DNA of 64,000 nt from Paraspadella gotoi (taxonomy: Eukaryota; Animalia; Chaetognatha): positions 16,279,245-16,343,244 of the forward strand of contig CM119264.1 of the NCBI GenBank assembly GCA_051294375.1, in the 5' to 3' direction. Below, in pieces: positions 46,499 through 60,570 of the stretch. The notes beneath the pieces were generated by a model. That model made no database searches and was not told the DNA's origin. It saw nothing but the letters and a program-made list of their open reading frames with translations. How positions within the stretch are numbered: position 1 is the stretch's first letter; the number at the start of each line of letters is the position of its first letter. Position numbers and translations under genes: made by a program.

Positions 46499-49400
46499 TA
46501 TGAAGAAACTGAGAGATCAAGCCGAACGACATCCCAACCTCCGCCACCGCCCCTCCAAAGCAGCTTCGGGATATCGCGTCTGCTTTCTTGCCCCTGCAAC
46601 TTCTCCAACTGCACATTGGTCCCGCACTCAGAGGCTGGGGGCCAATTCCGGCGACGCCCACCCGACTTCCGTTGAATAATTCCGACTGATAAAGACGAAA
46701 TCCAAGCCATAAACATGAAACTGGTGTTAAGATAGAAAATGACTATAGATGCGTTAAAGCTTATTTGCACAAAAATGAATAAGCTGTAGATAACGCGAAT
46801 GGCCTGGGACTGTTTGCCGAGAACCAAGGCGTGGCCGAAATAGTAAGAAACTCTTCGAGACTCTGATTCGCAGAATTGAGTAGAGTTAACTTCTCTTTAT
46901 TTTACTGATTTAACTGAAGAATTCTCTTTGTAAAGGGAGAGAGGCTCGCGAAAGGGTAAAGAATTAAAAGAAAAAAAACTTAAGGAATCGGGTCAGCGTG
47001 GCTCAACCGCTGGCGACGGAAGACAAATTGATTGAAGGTGAGGATCGATGCGCCACTAGCGCCACTAACGGACTCAGAGAAAGCGGGTTGGGCGGGTGGC
47101 GAAAGAGCAGGACGTTATCGGACTATGGCTGACAACGAACTCCTTCGCGGGTCTAACCAAAAATTACAACTTACACACCCAAAAAATTACAATATTTAAA
47201 CTAAAGTGAGTCGGTATTTAATCTAGAAATGTTTCCTATCGCAAACATCTACTTCCTCTTCCATCTTTTCATTTTTTCCCATCTTTCCATCATCATTTTC
47301 TATCGTCATCAACCAAATTCTCATTTTGACTCTTCTTCTTCTGCCCCCCCCCCCTTCTTTCCTTCTCTTCCTCCATTTTTCAATGAATTCCACGAAACCG
47401 ACAATTCCCCCCCTTCCCCCTCTCCTTCCTCCTTGCCCTCTCCTCCTCCTCCCCTCCTCTTTTTCTCCTTCTTCCTTTTTTTTTCCCCCTTTTTTCCTCC
47501 TCATTGCCGACTTTTTTTTTCTCCTTTACTTTTTTTTTCTCTAATCTAAAAAATGGTTCCGGTCTTTCATCTCTTCCACATCATCTTCCTCACCGTCTCT
47601 CTTCACCATCTCTGACTTCTTCCATCTATCTCACCATCTGTCTACTAAATACTCCTTCCACGCATTGGCGTCTAAAATATTTCCCAGACTTCGTTTGCCG
47701 CAGCGACCTCCATAAAAATTGACTCTTCTGTCATGGATTTGTCTCCCTAAAATAGCATAAGATGACATGGTTGGCGGAAACGCGCCACGACGCCAACCAA
47801 CGCCAATCGCGCAATTAACGCCAACCAAACACTTGGGGGGGGGGAAACAGATTAATTGTGTGTCTTATCTATAGTAAACGATAGAGTTTTTATAAATCTA
47901 CAAACTCTCTAATAAAAATATAAAAAAATCTAGGACGAGATGCAGCAATAAATTGTTTTCAATTTGAGAATATAGAGAATAGAATTCGAATTACTAGGAT
48001 AACTTGATCATCTAGAAATTTATCAAAGTAATAAAAATAACAACGTAACAAAACTGGCGTGAAAGGAGCAGAGGTAATTGCCCAATGCCCATGGTTCTTC
48101 TCGATTCTCCGCGGACAAAGCGAAGGTCAATCCCTTCTCCTTCAGTTCACCGACTCGTTTCTCTTTTTTCGGATCCGACTTGAGACTTCTGATTTTTTTT
48201 TTTCCTTTGTTCAAGTACGCGTCGCTCGTTGGGCTCAGCTGGGAAACATCGGGTTCGAGTCCTGGTTCAGCAGGGCCCTGGCCTCGAAAAATGGATCTAA
48301 CCCAAGAAGGGAATGCGAGGAGATTGGGTAGAAAGATAAACTCTGTCGGTCGACGAAAGACTCCGAACTCCCGATCGGCAAAGCGCGCGACCGAAGCCTT
48401 TTTTTCGATTTTTCTTTCCATTTTCCTTCATCAAATACTTGTCACATCCACTCATATGATTCATTTTCTTCATATCTATCTCCTCTCTCTCTCTCCTCCT
48501 CCTCTCTCTTCTCCTCTCTCTTTTTGCCGCCGGCAAATTTCTGACCGCGTTGGCTTTGCCGCTTTTTCATCCAATTTGCAGCCCTGGCAAGAAGACTGGC
48601 CCCATTTCTTTCCTTCTGCTCCAGGGGGGAGTGTTTTTAGCCAACGGTTCAAAGTGACACACGGCTCCACCTTTAATATGTCGCCGCCCTCTGCTGAAGG
48701 AGCCAGATGTAAAGCTTTGCTCCTAATCAGTTACCCATTTCCGCCCTGAGAGGTCTCGGCCCGCATCATGGCCTTAACTCGCTCTACTTATCAAACTTCT
48801 CTCAATCTAATTTTTTTATCCTTTTTTCTTTCTTCTTCCTCTTTCCTCTTTCCTTTTCATTTTTAGATTCCTCTTTTTATTCTCTTCGTTTCCCTACCCA
48901 CTTTCCTCTTATCTCTCTACTCCTCTTTGTACTTCTCTCCTTCTTTGCTCCTTTTTAGTTCCCTCCCAAGTTCCCCGCCCCAGTCATCGTTTTCTTCCTT
49001 TCTTTTTAACTCAAATTATCAAATACTCTCTCCCTTTCTTTCCTTCCTTTTTTTTCTCCTTTTTTTATCTCTTCATCCTTTCGGTTTCCAATTCCGTTTC
49101 TGATTATACCGCAGTTTTTCTTTCTCTTCTCCTGTCAAGCCTCCATTTTCTTCACTTATTTTCCCTCGCTTCGTCTATTGTTTCCCCCCCCCCCCTTGGA
49201 TCGTCCAATAGACTCACTGCTCAGCGCGTAATTCTCTGCCCTTACATACGAAAAAGTATATTCTGTGCTATCTTTTATCGCCCTGAGGTCAAAATCATTC
49301 CGGAAAAATTATACTATTAATCTTACTTATGTTTTCTTAGTACGACTTGCGAGAAAATCACTTATTAGGTTTATGTGTACCTTTCTCAACGAAATTCTAC

Positions 49401-49828
49401 CTAATCGGGTTTCGCCTATCGCTCCCATGTCTACGTTCTCCCTCACTCTCTCTCCCTCTCCCTTTTCTCTTTCTCTCTCGCTTTCTCTTTCTCTCTATCA
49501 CGTTCACACCCTATCTTAATTTTCGGTTGAATCGGTTTTCTTGATCAATACTGATGATAAACTCTGCTTCTCCGAAGCAGACCTGTCAGTAAACAAATGA
49601 TGGAAAAGAGGAAGAAAAGAAGAGAAAAATAGGGAGGAAGAATGGAAGTATTCCCTGCCATTTTTGGTGTTCCGGTGTGCTGAAAAGTCTTAGAATCTGT
49701 TTTCTCTTTCATACGCTTTTTACTTTACCTTTGTTCTGCTGAAATCATCATGAGATCAAGATTAAAAGAGAAAGGAGAAATTCATAGAAATACAGCGAAA
49801 AGAGAGATATATATATATATTATATATG

Positions 49829-49861
<33 letters not shown>

Positions 49862-50179
49862 TGTGAGAGATATATATATATATATAAAGTTAATTATATA
49901 TTTAAATGTATCCTGTACATTTGTAAAAAAATCAGCTGGTGGTATCTCGTTTGTATCAAACTAAATTAATTGAAATAAAAAAAAATAATTTGCGCAGAAT
50001 TACCAACAAAAAGTCAAGCGTGGCAAGCGGAATTAATATCCCCAAAAATTGACGTCATACATACAGAGATAAATACACATGATAAATCAAGCGAAAAATA
50101 AAAGATAAGCATTAGCCATAGCAATCATTCGCTCATCCCCCTCCAATTTTTTTTTATCGGCCACGCCCATCGCAGTGCC

Positions 50180-52012
50180 TCAGTCGTCGTCTATTTCGCT
50201 CGATATCTCCTTCAACAACATTAGCAGCGCCATCTTCGCGCTATCTCAGTCTTTTTTGAGTCTGGGGGCGAAGGACGATCATTGTCGTGGTGACGGTGAC
50301 GGTTCGCTTGAAGCAATTCCAGCAGAGATCGTAGTCCTCGCATGTCCGACACACGAATCGGTTTCCGTCAACCGCACCCGAACATCCGTCGCAGAAGATC
50401 CCCGGATTAACCCGCTAAGTTCCTCGACGTCGTCCTCGTCGTCGTGGCTGCGAACTTTCGAGTCACCGTCGCCGTCGCCGTCGCCGTGGCCGTCGCCGTC
50501 GTCGTCTCTCTCTCTGATTGGCGGTTGTCCTTTTTGAAAAAAGAGGAATCACGTTGTTTGTCAGTATGGTCATAATTATGATTTTTTGATTAGGTTAATG
50601 AAAGAGGCGGAGGCTCAACAAAACTTCATCACATTTCAGTCATTCCCAGAACATAATTTTATATCGAAACCGTAAGTTGCACCTTCTGCAGACTAATTTG
50701 TACTTAATGTGCGATGGCGATGGCCACAAAAGATCTGCTTCAAACAGTTATTTGCTCCCGTATAAATTTTTTAATAAACTGATATGCAACAGGAACAAAG
50801 AAACATCAATCATCATTCTATATTTTCATATTCATACCAACTTAACGGTCTTAACCTTTTGACATTCTTCATCAATCTTCTTCATCGTCGGTCTGTTGTT
50901 AGGATTCGACACACATTTGTCCGATAGCCCTCGAAGATCTCTGGAATTAAAACGAAGGCACGGGCTGCTTGTCCTCCGTCGATTCTGGATGGGAAAGGTC
51001 GCCAGTGCTTGCCCATGTGTCCGTAGAAAGAAAGGATGGCGCCGAGGGACCCAAACGTCCGTGGCGTAGTCGTACTTGTCGCCCTTAAAATTTCCGGCGC
51101 CAAGTAGCTCAACGTGCCGGCGATAGTGTGCTCGTAGTAGCTTTGCATGGTCGCGAATCGATGAGCTTGGCCACTCCAAAGTCCCGGGCACCTTCCATGC
51201 CAGCACTCCCTGGGATCTGACGCCGAGAATGTTGTCCGGCTTGAGGTCGCGGGTGCATGATGCGCTTGGAGTGCAGGTACACGAAACGCGTCGGCCATTT
51301 GGGCCAAGAAACGCCAGACGTTGAACTCGGCCCCGGGCCACGACGCCACTCTTCGGAATCCTTGAAGTAATTCACACAGAGCGTCAACGTCCCACGTTCG
51401 CGTATTCCATGAGGATGAGCAGGCGCCGTCTTTTCGTAGGAGGCGTGGTATTCGATATGTTGTCGTGCTGACCGACTGAGTAGAGACGCGAGACCTTTTA
51501 TATTTGGAGTTTTATCCTTGAGGCAACGCATGTCAAGTCCAGACTACGTTAATATTCTATAAACATCTATGTATAACTTTTACCCACAAATTCATTATAT
51601 TTTAATTTTTTGTTAATATTTCATAAAAGTTTTGACTGCTACCTAGATTGCCTAATGTGCATAAATTTTAAGTTACGAATTAGTTTTTGATAACGACGGC
51701 ACCTTGAGCAATTCGATCTTCGCTTCGCGTGGGATCGTTTGTCTTCAGTTCCTTCAGCGCACAGATTTTGTCGCCTCTCTTCACTTTGTAGACGACGCCG
51801 AACTGACCTCGCCCAGGACGACGGCTCTCCCTTGGCGTCGTGGATGTGCGTGTGTACTCCTTCCTCCGGGCCCTGTCCAAATCGATTGGAAGATTCGAAA
51901 GTTACTTTAAACAAATGGTCACGTTAAAAAGATGAGCTTTTAAATTTTCGAATATAATTCTGCTGTGTTGAATGACTGAATATGAAATAATTTACCTGGC
52001 GAAGAAAGTCAT
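50180..52012 (-). pseudogene. Second, frameshift-ridden copy of the kinase-ZZ gene (pseudogene or low-quality duplicate)
   Basis: Mirror of 40559-42408 with many 1-bp indels; kinase motifs are split across the ORFs at 50832-51531 and 51639-51914. Confidence 0.7.
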
Positions 52013-54825
52013 TTTTGGTTGCAGAATTACAAAACTACTCAATTTTTTTAAGTTTGCCAAAAATAGATAATGAAGACGTCCAATTTTTGTTTAATTTAAA
52101 TATTATTATAAAAACTCAAGTTTAAAATTTTCGCCTTTGACGAGAACTGTGTAAAAAACTTACGACTGATACTGTTAGAAAATTTTGTTCCTCGTCCAAA
52201 AACAAGTTTGACTGAAAAAAAACTTGCACATCCTGATGACTGGGGAACTTCGTCTTAGTTTTCCGTTCAAGAAATCGCTTAAACTACCAAAACAAAAAGA
52301 TGTTTAAAGATGTTAGAAGGCCTCAACAATTATTATTTTATTTATTTATGAATGATTGATAAAATAAACTTTATATATGGTTGCACCCATTACATACTAA
52401 CAAAATTTTTTTAGGTTTCTAGAAGTAAATGTAAACCGAAAATGAACTTTTTAAAATTTAAATCTTCTTCAATTTCCCTCTCTAAATAGCTATCATCTCA
52501 ATATAAATGATGAGCCTGCTTCTCAGACTCGGTCCTCTTTGATTGTCATTTTCCAATCTCCTACGTTGCGATACTTTTTTTTATTTTCCTCTCATAATCG
52601 CCGACCCCTGTGCTGGCTCCTCCTCACTGTCCATTTCACTGGACCATTGGCGCTAGCGGTGGACGGGGGTGGCGGCCTTGGGCGTCAATGAGAGCGGCTG
52701 GAGCTGGAAGGGTCGCGGCCTTGAGAGGAGATGAGAGCGGCCGAGAACCGCTCAAGTGGCACCGAGGTGGAAAGATCGACGGCCCTTGCGGCGACGCGGC
52801 AGAAGATAAAAAAAAGCCTTCCGCATCTTATTAGGGAATAAACTTTCCGCGATCACCTTCAATTTGATGTCATCGATAATCCAATCACAGTTCAATTATA
52901 GAAGTTTCCGATAGGTGGTAGGAAATCGTTTCGTTCCTTGTATAGTGTGAACTTCTCGGCGAAGTAGTGATCTCTTATCCCTTTTAATTTGCCTTCTCAT
53001 CCAATCTCCGTAACGCTTAGTCATTAATGAATTTTTTCCCCAATTATCTATTTTGAAACTTCTTTTTTTCTCTGATCCACACATCGACTTTATCCTCTCC
53101 TGTGCTTCCCCGCAAATATTCAGTTAAGCTTCGTCTCAAGTCTCGACCGTTCTTCCTCCTTTCCTTCCTTTCGCGATTTCCTTTCCCACGAAAGACGCCC
53201 CCGCCTCATGAGTTTGAACGGTCAGTTGGTTCCCCTCCCCGAATCGGACCGCGTTTCCGGCCGATCATCACTCCGGCGAAATTGGAATCTCACGGTGATT
53301 CCGAATCGCCCCACGATGTCCATGGCCCCGCGGGTTCCATCTCCCCATAGGGTCTACAGTCTCTTCGTTTCCTTAACTCTCGATATTCGCCTTCTCTGTT
53401 AACTACTGCCAACCATCAACAACGCTCCATTCTTTCTTGCAGCCGCCCTCCTCGCCTCGCGTGCATTCGCCGCCACCGACGCCCCGATAGATGGACGCTA
53501 AAATCCGGGGGAGGTTCGTAGCGCGCCGTGAGGTCTCTGGTTCGACTCCGGCTATTAACTGATCTTTACGACCGCAATAAACGCGACTTACCCTCTTGGC
53601 TCGTAAACGCCGAAACTAAGAAAGGGTCGGAGGCAAAGCGAAGGGGCGAAACGCCAGCAACACGGGCCACGTCGGACCCTCAACTGAGCCGGAGAAAGGT
53701 TTGGGAGGGAATGACCGAAGCCAAGAGACATCTTCTCATCGCTCCCTTATCACACCGACTCCTCACCCCGCCGCCGCGGCAACGGCCGAGCCGAATGTCA
53801 TTAGGAGGGGACCTTAACACACAGAACCAAATCTCCAGTCCGGGCCGGAAGGCGGGTCTGAAATCGCGCCGATGTCAGGCGGTGAGAAAAGAGAGAAAAG
53901 GCTGAGGGAACCGACCTCTCTCTCCTTGTTTACTTTTTCCACTTTCCTTCCTTTCGCCCCACACCACAGGAAATTCGCTGGATTCTTCCCACACTTTTAC
54001 GCTCAGATATGAAAAACATTGGCTTTCCGGTCAGCGTTGCTAATTAATGAAGACAATATCATCTCCTAAATAATTGAATATTTAATCAAGTTTTCCGATT
54101 ATTACATGAAGAAGGAGGGAAAGCAATACCAATAACAATTATATACGCTCTTCCACTCAAACCACTTGCTCTATCTCATCTATTTTTTTTCAGAAATATT
54201 TAAGAAACAAAGTGAGCTTAGAAATTAACCTCTAGAGCGGAGCCAGTGTAACAAAAACATTTTTCTTTTTAATTTGTTGTAATGTCATCGCATACACATT
54301 TTGACAATGTACAATGAACAATAAGGCTGAACAAGGTAAAAACTAAGAGTTTATGTTTTATTGGTTAAAATTAGCAAAAACTATAAAAATTTTGGTATGA
54401 TGATGATGATGATGATTTTTAAGGCTTGTTATCATCGAAATATTGAAAAACGAATTATACTTTGTGTAGACAACATTTTATGGGCTATCTGAATCCGTTC
54501 TTAAAAATAAAATTTTATATTACAGAATTCCTAAAGATAAAAAGTTATCAATTACAAAATGTTATTTTTAGATTTTTTGCAAAAGAACTGAATCATCTGC
54601 CAAGTTACAGAATTGTAAAAGCATTTGAGATGGATTATCCGTGAGCTCAACTTTTTCACTCGGCCGTGGCAAAGAGCTAGAAATAGAGGGCGCTCTGTCC
54701 AGAACCGACGATGATATAATAAAGTTAACGAGGATCATCAAAACGCGGGGCGAAGAAACGTCGTTAAAAACAAAAGACGAATCCAATGTGTGTGTGTGTG
54801 TGGTGGAGAGAGAGAGAGAGAGAGA

Positions 54826-54889
<64 letters not shown>

Positions 54890-57800
54890 AGGAAGCTTCA
54901 CCCCGATGACGGGCGAGATGCCCTCGCGTTCACAAAAACCTTATCCCGATTGGTTATTCCGACAGAAGCGTTGAAATAGATAGAATAACCAGGGAAAGAG
55001 AAGAGAAGTCAATTCTCTCTTCAGAGAAGGACAACATTCGCCCTTCGTTTTTGGGACCAGAATTGATGGAGACCCGAATGTTGCTGTCGAGGCTTCTTTT
55101 TCTCGCCCGCGGGGCAAAAGAGGAAGGCTCGAGGTGGGGGGGGGGGTACGCCGGGCGAGCAAGCGAGCGGGCAGCGACCTCCGTCGCATGCAAAAGAGCC
55201 GCTCGAAACAAATGAACGAACACAAACAATGAGAGAACGAGGGGGTAAGGGAGAGATTAGTAGAGGGTAGGTTGAAAAAGAGGAAAGGATTTGTGAAAGA
55301 GGTGAGGTTTAATGTTAATTACCTAAGAGAGCAGCATGGCTCGAGGAAACGGTTTGAGAGTGAATTCGGTGAAGGAAGAAAGGCAAAATTCTGATGAGAT
55401 ATTGGGTGAGAACGAGGGAAATTTGCTTACGTTTTGTTACTCGTATAAGATACAGCGTCAAACTTGCGTTCACTTACCAACTTGGGACAAACTTAGTAAA
55501 GAGTAGTGCTAATAATATTCAGTTCAGTCGATTTTAGTTGTCTTATAAAATTGATAAATTTCGCTCTACCAACGGCCTTCTTTTTATTTTTAAAGTACTC
55601 TATTTTAAATTCTTGGCCGATCGACCGACCGACGGAGAGAAAAAAACACACACAAAAAAAAATTTTTTTCCAGGTGTGAGATTTCTCCTCATTTCATTTC
55701 GCTTCATTCGGGTTCCCGATTTCTGTGCGATCACCGTTCATTTTCTCTCACTGTTTTTTCCTTTGCTTCGTTTTCGTAGTGAAAACCGCGCTCATTGTCA
55801 GGGGTCTGGTACTTCATGTGATGCCCGTGTTTCGAGAATGAAAAATTAGTGAATGTCTTTTTGTGTATGCTCCTCGTAGTCGAAAAGTTTTTTTGATATA
55901 AAAAATATGGTCGGAGTTTCGTCTTAAAAAAAATTGATTAGCTTGTGAAAAAGTTAGATATACAGTTGCGCGATATGGGTGTTGAGTTTGATTGGATTGC
56001 TGTTCCGGATAGCTGATCAGGGTCTGTTTGGAGGAATTTGTTCTAACAAAAAAAGTCTAAGTAATGCTAACAGAGAATGTTTTATGTTGTCCTTTTTGCA
56101 TAGTATTATTGTTCGTTGCCAAAGGTTCGTCAAAAATCATGGGCATGGGGCTTTTCTCGTATGAACATCGAGTCAATTCATCTGGTCCCTCTTTCTGTCC
56201 CTCTTTCTGTCTTCCTGTCCATTTTTGTCGCTAGACAGAAAAGCGAGCGCTTGTTCTGGTTTCTCTTTTTAAAAATTTCAGCTTTTGCTTTGAATGAAAG
56301 CTTTTTTCTCTTCCTTTGGCCTTCTACGCCTCAGGCTCTTCTTCCCGTTCTCTCTCCCCCCCCCCAAGTACCTAAAATCAAAAGATTTATTTTGTAAATT
56401 CATTGAAACGAAATTCTGGCGTTTTTTTTTTTTTATTTCTTCAAAAAAAAATTTACTGTCGCCCAATTTCACTTTCAATTTCATCTTTTTCCGGCTTTTT
56501 AATTATTTTTTCTCATTTTTTCTTCAAATTAAACAAAATGGCCGCTTTTAGAATCTGACAGGTAAGAGGTATACGGAAGGGGGAAGCCGAAGGGCGAAAA
56601 TAAGACATTTCTGATCGGAATTTCATGAAGCGATTTAGATTTTTATGGTATTTATACTTAGGGAGTTGCTCGTAATTTAACATGAGAGCGTCCAACGTGA
56701 CGAAACCGCAAATATGTATTAACTTTATTATATTAATAAAGCAAAGATAGATTAACAGATGTTGAATGCAAATGAGAGATTAATGGATAACATAAAACGT
56801 AAAAAATATATAGATGGCTTTGTTTGGGTATGAAATCTGAATGATTCCGATGATGTGAATGAGTATGAATGAATGAGTGAAGATGATATGAATGAATGAA
56901 TAATGAATTGAATGAATGAAATGATTGGAATGAATTGAAATGATGAAATGAATGATGAATGAATGAATGAATGGAATGAATGCATTGAGATGAATAGATG
57001 ACTAGTATTTTTTAAAAAGGACAGTTGCCGGAATCGAACGATTTTAGTTTCGCGCAGTCTTTATGACGGAGTCAGATTGTTCTCAATGAATGTGAATTAA
57101 AATTGTAATTGTGAAATATTCGCAAGTTGCAATTTGTATATTTCGCAATATGAAAATCCCGTATTACGATGTATCTATTTCAAAACCCGCATTTTGCTAT
57201 CCCTTTTTAATTTTATTAAACCTTTTGTTTATCACACCGTGCGAATCTCTTACCTTCTCAACGTTTCTATTTTAAACTTAAACTATTTCCTTTTTACTTT
57301 TGCTACCTTCATCCCTTTTTAAATTTCATTTGAAATTTCATTCATCACCTTTTATCCTCTGGCACAATGCTTTTAATTAATTCAATTTTTAAAATGTAAG
57401 TGGCATTTAAGGTACCGAAATATTTATCGTAATCTTGTACAAATAATAACCGGCTTTCTTAAACTAAAAAATAGCAAACGTTGTTTCGCAAGAAAAGCTT
57501 TGAAATTGTATTTACAGTAGAAGATTTTTCAAGGGTTGTTAGAAATTTAAGACGATAGTTTAACTTTGTAATAATCTGACTAAAATTCTCGGACTGGATG
57601 TAGAGCGGAACGCCAACAAGAAGTAGAACGATAAAGTAACGATAAAAACGCGTAGGTAAGTTTTTAAAACTATCTCGTGCGTCTCTCGTCATGCTCTCCG
57701 TGATGGTGTCTCTCTCTCCGATCCTCTCTCGTCTCTCTCTCCCGGTCATCTCTCTCTCCGGCTCTATCGTCTTCTCTCTGCTTCTCTAACTCGTCGTTCT

Positions 57801-59299
57801 CTCTCTATCTTCTCTCCCTCTCCTCTCTCGTCTCTCCTCTCTCTCTCTCCTTTCCCTTTTTTCGTCCGCATGCATTTTCTGAACGACGTCAAAGATTCTC
57901 TACTCAACTTATTCGGTATGCATTTTGTTTTTGTCTCAAAAACTAAAAAGACAATCTCCCTCTCAATTTGACCCCCTGCTGCTCGCCACCACGCTCGGTC
58001 CACCCACCGCCCAAATTTCCAACACACCAATCCTCACTACCCCAGAATCCGCGGGTGCGCGCGGGTAAACCGGACAAAATGCTCGTCCGGCCGTAAGGGA
58101 AAGTCCATCCAGTCTTTTGGTCGGCGCCGAAAGAGGGAAGACATTTTGAATCAGGGAGGCTACATGAATAGGTAAATGTGAATTTAATATATTATAGATA
58201 TAATATATATATATAGTTTAATACATGATAGGTAAACGTGATTTAATTCATATTAGGATTAGAAATTGCCTGAACGAGTTCGTTGATTCTTTCACGATTA
58301 CGAACATTTAAAATATGATAATGCATTCCAAGATTTTAACGCCTTTAAAAAAAACGAACATATTTTTTAAGGACTCAACGTTGCTTTCTTAACATCGTGC
58401 GCTGTAATAATTTAGGCCGCATTAGAACAATTGTAAAAAAGATAAGTAAAAAAGTAACTTTTGTATAAATTTGAGCCCCAAAAAAAATTTATTTTAATAA
58501 TCTTAGTTTTGTTTATTTTTTGTGGTGTTTAATCGGCGTAAAAAAATTACTATTGACCTTGTTTCACGCTTCTTATAAAATAATGCAAATGAGTTTAGGG
58601 AATTTACCTGGATATCCCCATATCCCTCACGAGATTGATTTATTAAACTGAACTCCTCACTTTTCCTATCAAACTGATTGCTATGCACGGATTCGTTCTT
58701 CTATCAGGATATCGGTATCTCGGTATCTCCCGCGACGTGTACACCAAGGATTTGGACGCGAGGCATAAGATTCGTGAGCTGCTGGAAAAATTTGGAAAAG
58801 CCTCGTCACATTTACGGTCATCCCAGAGCCTTCGGCGCCTACAACAACAAAGGTCACGGGGACCGATCTACAAGAAGCGTGGCGCAATACTCTGTCAGCT
58901 GCAAGTGAAAAGGTTTTTTTTCCGGGGAAAAGAGAGAAGAAAAGTCCCCTTACCCTTTCTCAGAGTCAATTAGAATAAACATAGGTTTTTAAAGAGAACT
59001 CCAGCAAAACGTTAAATTTCTTTTTTTGTCCAAAAATGTATTTCAAAGCAGAGAAAAAAAGTATCAAACTTATCAAAGTTATATAATTTGTCCTAATTTT
59101 AAGCTTTCTCTTTCATCATCGTCTACTACTTCGTTCATCGTCATCGGTCATCATCTTTGTACAGCAATCCCCCCTATTCCTCTCGCGCCGCCAAATCATG
59201 CTTTTTAAAAAATCAAGACTCGTCTATCAACCACTAGGCGTCTTTCATCGCGTCAGAATATCCGGTGTCCTAGCGTCGACAGCGTTTCGTCAATTCTCG

Positions 59300-59720
59300 C
59301 GTTCGACGTCAGACACGACAACGGCGGAAAAGTCGTCGGTTTAAGAGACGCGCTATGACGTCGGTTTTTCCCGGTGGACCAAATCAGAGGTGCCGAGATT
59401 AATTCGCAGGCTTTCTTTGGTTGGTAGATTAGACGGCTAACGCCTTAGCCGGTCGCCGATTGGTTGAGAGCTTCGGCCAATCAGAGACTGCTCCGTTCCG
59501 CGCCTAACGTGACGTCAGACCAACCATGAATGAATGGTTGGAGTCGTCGTCGTCAACATGCGCCGCTAAGCGTCATGCGGTCGGTGTGGAGTAGACAACG
59601 GACGATCTCGATACGGTCGGGCGAGAAACAGGCCGGGGAGCGGTGTATGTTGTCGGGGCTCGGGGGGCGATTCAGCGGCGGGCTATATGACTGCCCGGGG
59701 GTTTCAACATTCCGGCGGCG
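59300..59720 (+). promoter_or_regulatory. CpG-rich promoter-like region with CRE, CCAAT and TATA-like elements
   Basis: TGACGTCA 59510-59517, TGACGTC 59356-59362, GACGTCA ~59305, ATTGG 59459-59463, CCAAT 59477-59481, TATAT 59684-59688. The downstream CDS is not identified. Confidence 0.5.
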
Positions 59721-60472
59721 GTCCGCGGGAGACGAACGGATGGACCGAACGCAGCGACCCGACGACGACGACTAACGACGACGACGATAATAACAACTCG
59801 ACGAGAGAAATCTGAGTTTCATGAATGGATCTCTGGTTTCGTTTCGCATCTACGAATTCATGAGAAAAAACGAAGGCTTCATTTCGCGGTGCTGACGCAC
59901 GTGTGGCGTGATTGAGAAGACCGTGATGGCGTGGCGTGATTGCGTGGGCCGGTTGGCTTGGCGTTGACGCTCGGTGTGGACACGAAAGATGACAACGAGA
60001 TTATAAAGTGTGGATTTCGTCAGATTACATTGAACACTTAATCGAAAAAGCGAGAATTTTAATTTTTAATTGAGTAATATTAAGAATGATCACCAAAAAA
60101 AAAAGGTTGACAATCTAATTTGTGGCAAAGGCGAATTGATGCACAACCCGGTTACGTCCATTCATACGCAATTAGTTCACGGTTGTTTGGCGTGAAATTG
60201 AAATAAAAAAGGGGGGGGGTATTTTTCTGGAATTGAGAAAATAGAAATAATTAAAAATAAAATGCGAAAAAATTACGAGTTATGAGTCGCGAGAAAACAT
60301 TTGAGTGGGCGGAAGTCGATTTCTATGCGTGGAATTTTGTCTTTTTCAGCTCACCAGGTATTTTTATATCGAAGATAAATATTTTTTTTAGTTAAATATA
60401 ATCTGTTTGAATTGGTTTGTATAAATCTGGTTATGTAATAATCGAGGGCAACGTGGACACAGGAAGATTTAT

Positions 60473-60484
60473 TATAATATATTA

Positions 60485-60548
<64 letters not shown>

Positions 60549-60570
60549 ATTATTATATTATTATTATATT
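60473..60570. repeat. (TAT)n microsatellite
   Basis: Directly visible. Confidence 0.95.

Larger units (their letters stand above)
38690..53909. repeat. ~7.4-kb inverted duplication (arms 38690-46129 and ~46460-53909) around an N gap
   Basis: Continuous reverse-complement match, e.g. ctcaccgcctgacatcggcgcgatttcagacccgcc (~38711) vs ggcgggtctgaaatcgcgccgatgtcaggcggtgag (~53851), including the whole kinase gene. Differences are mostly 1-bp indels. Confidence 0.95.

Noticed and set aside
45862-46827. 321-aa ORF across the palindrome centre
   Set aside because: Reads through microsatellites, Ns and both arms of the inversion.
56513-56710. 60-aa - strand ORF
   Set aside because: Isolated, with no motif and no supporting exons.
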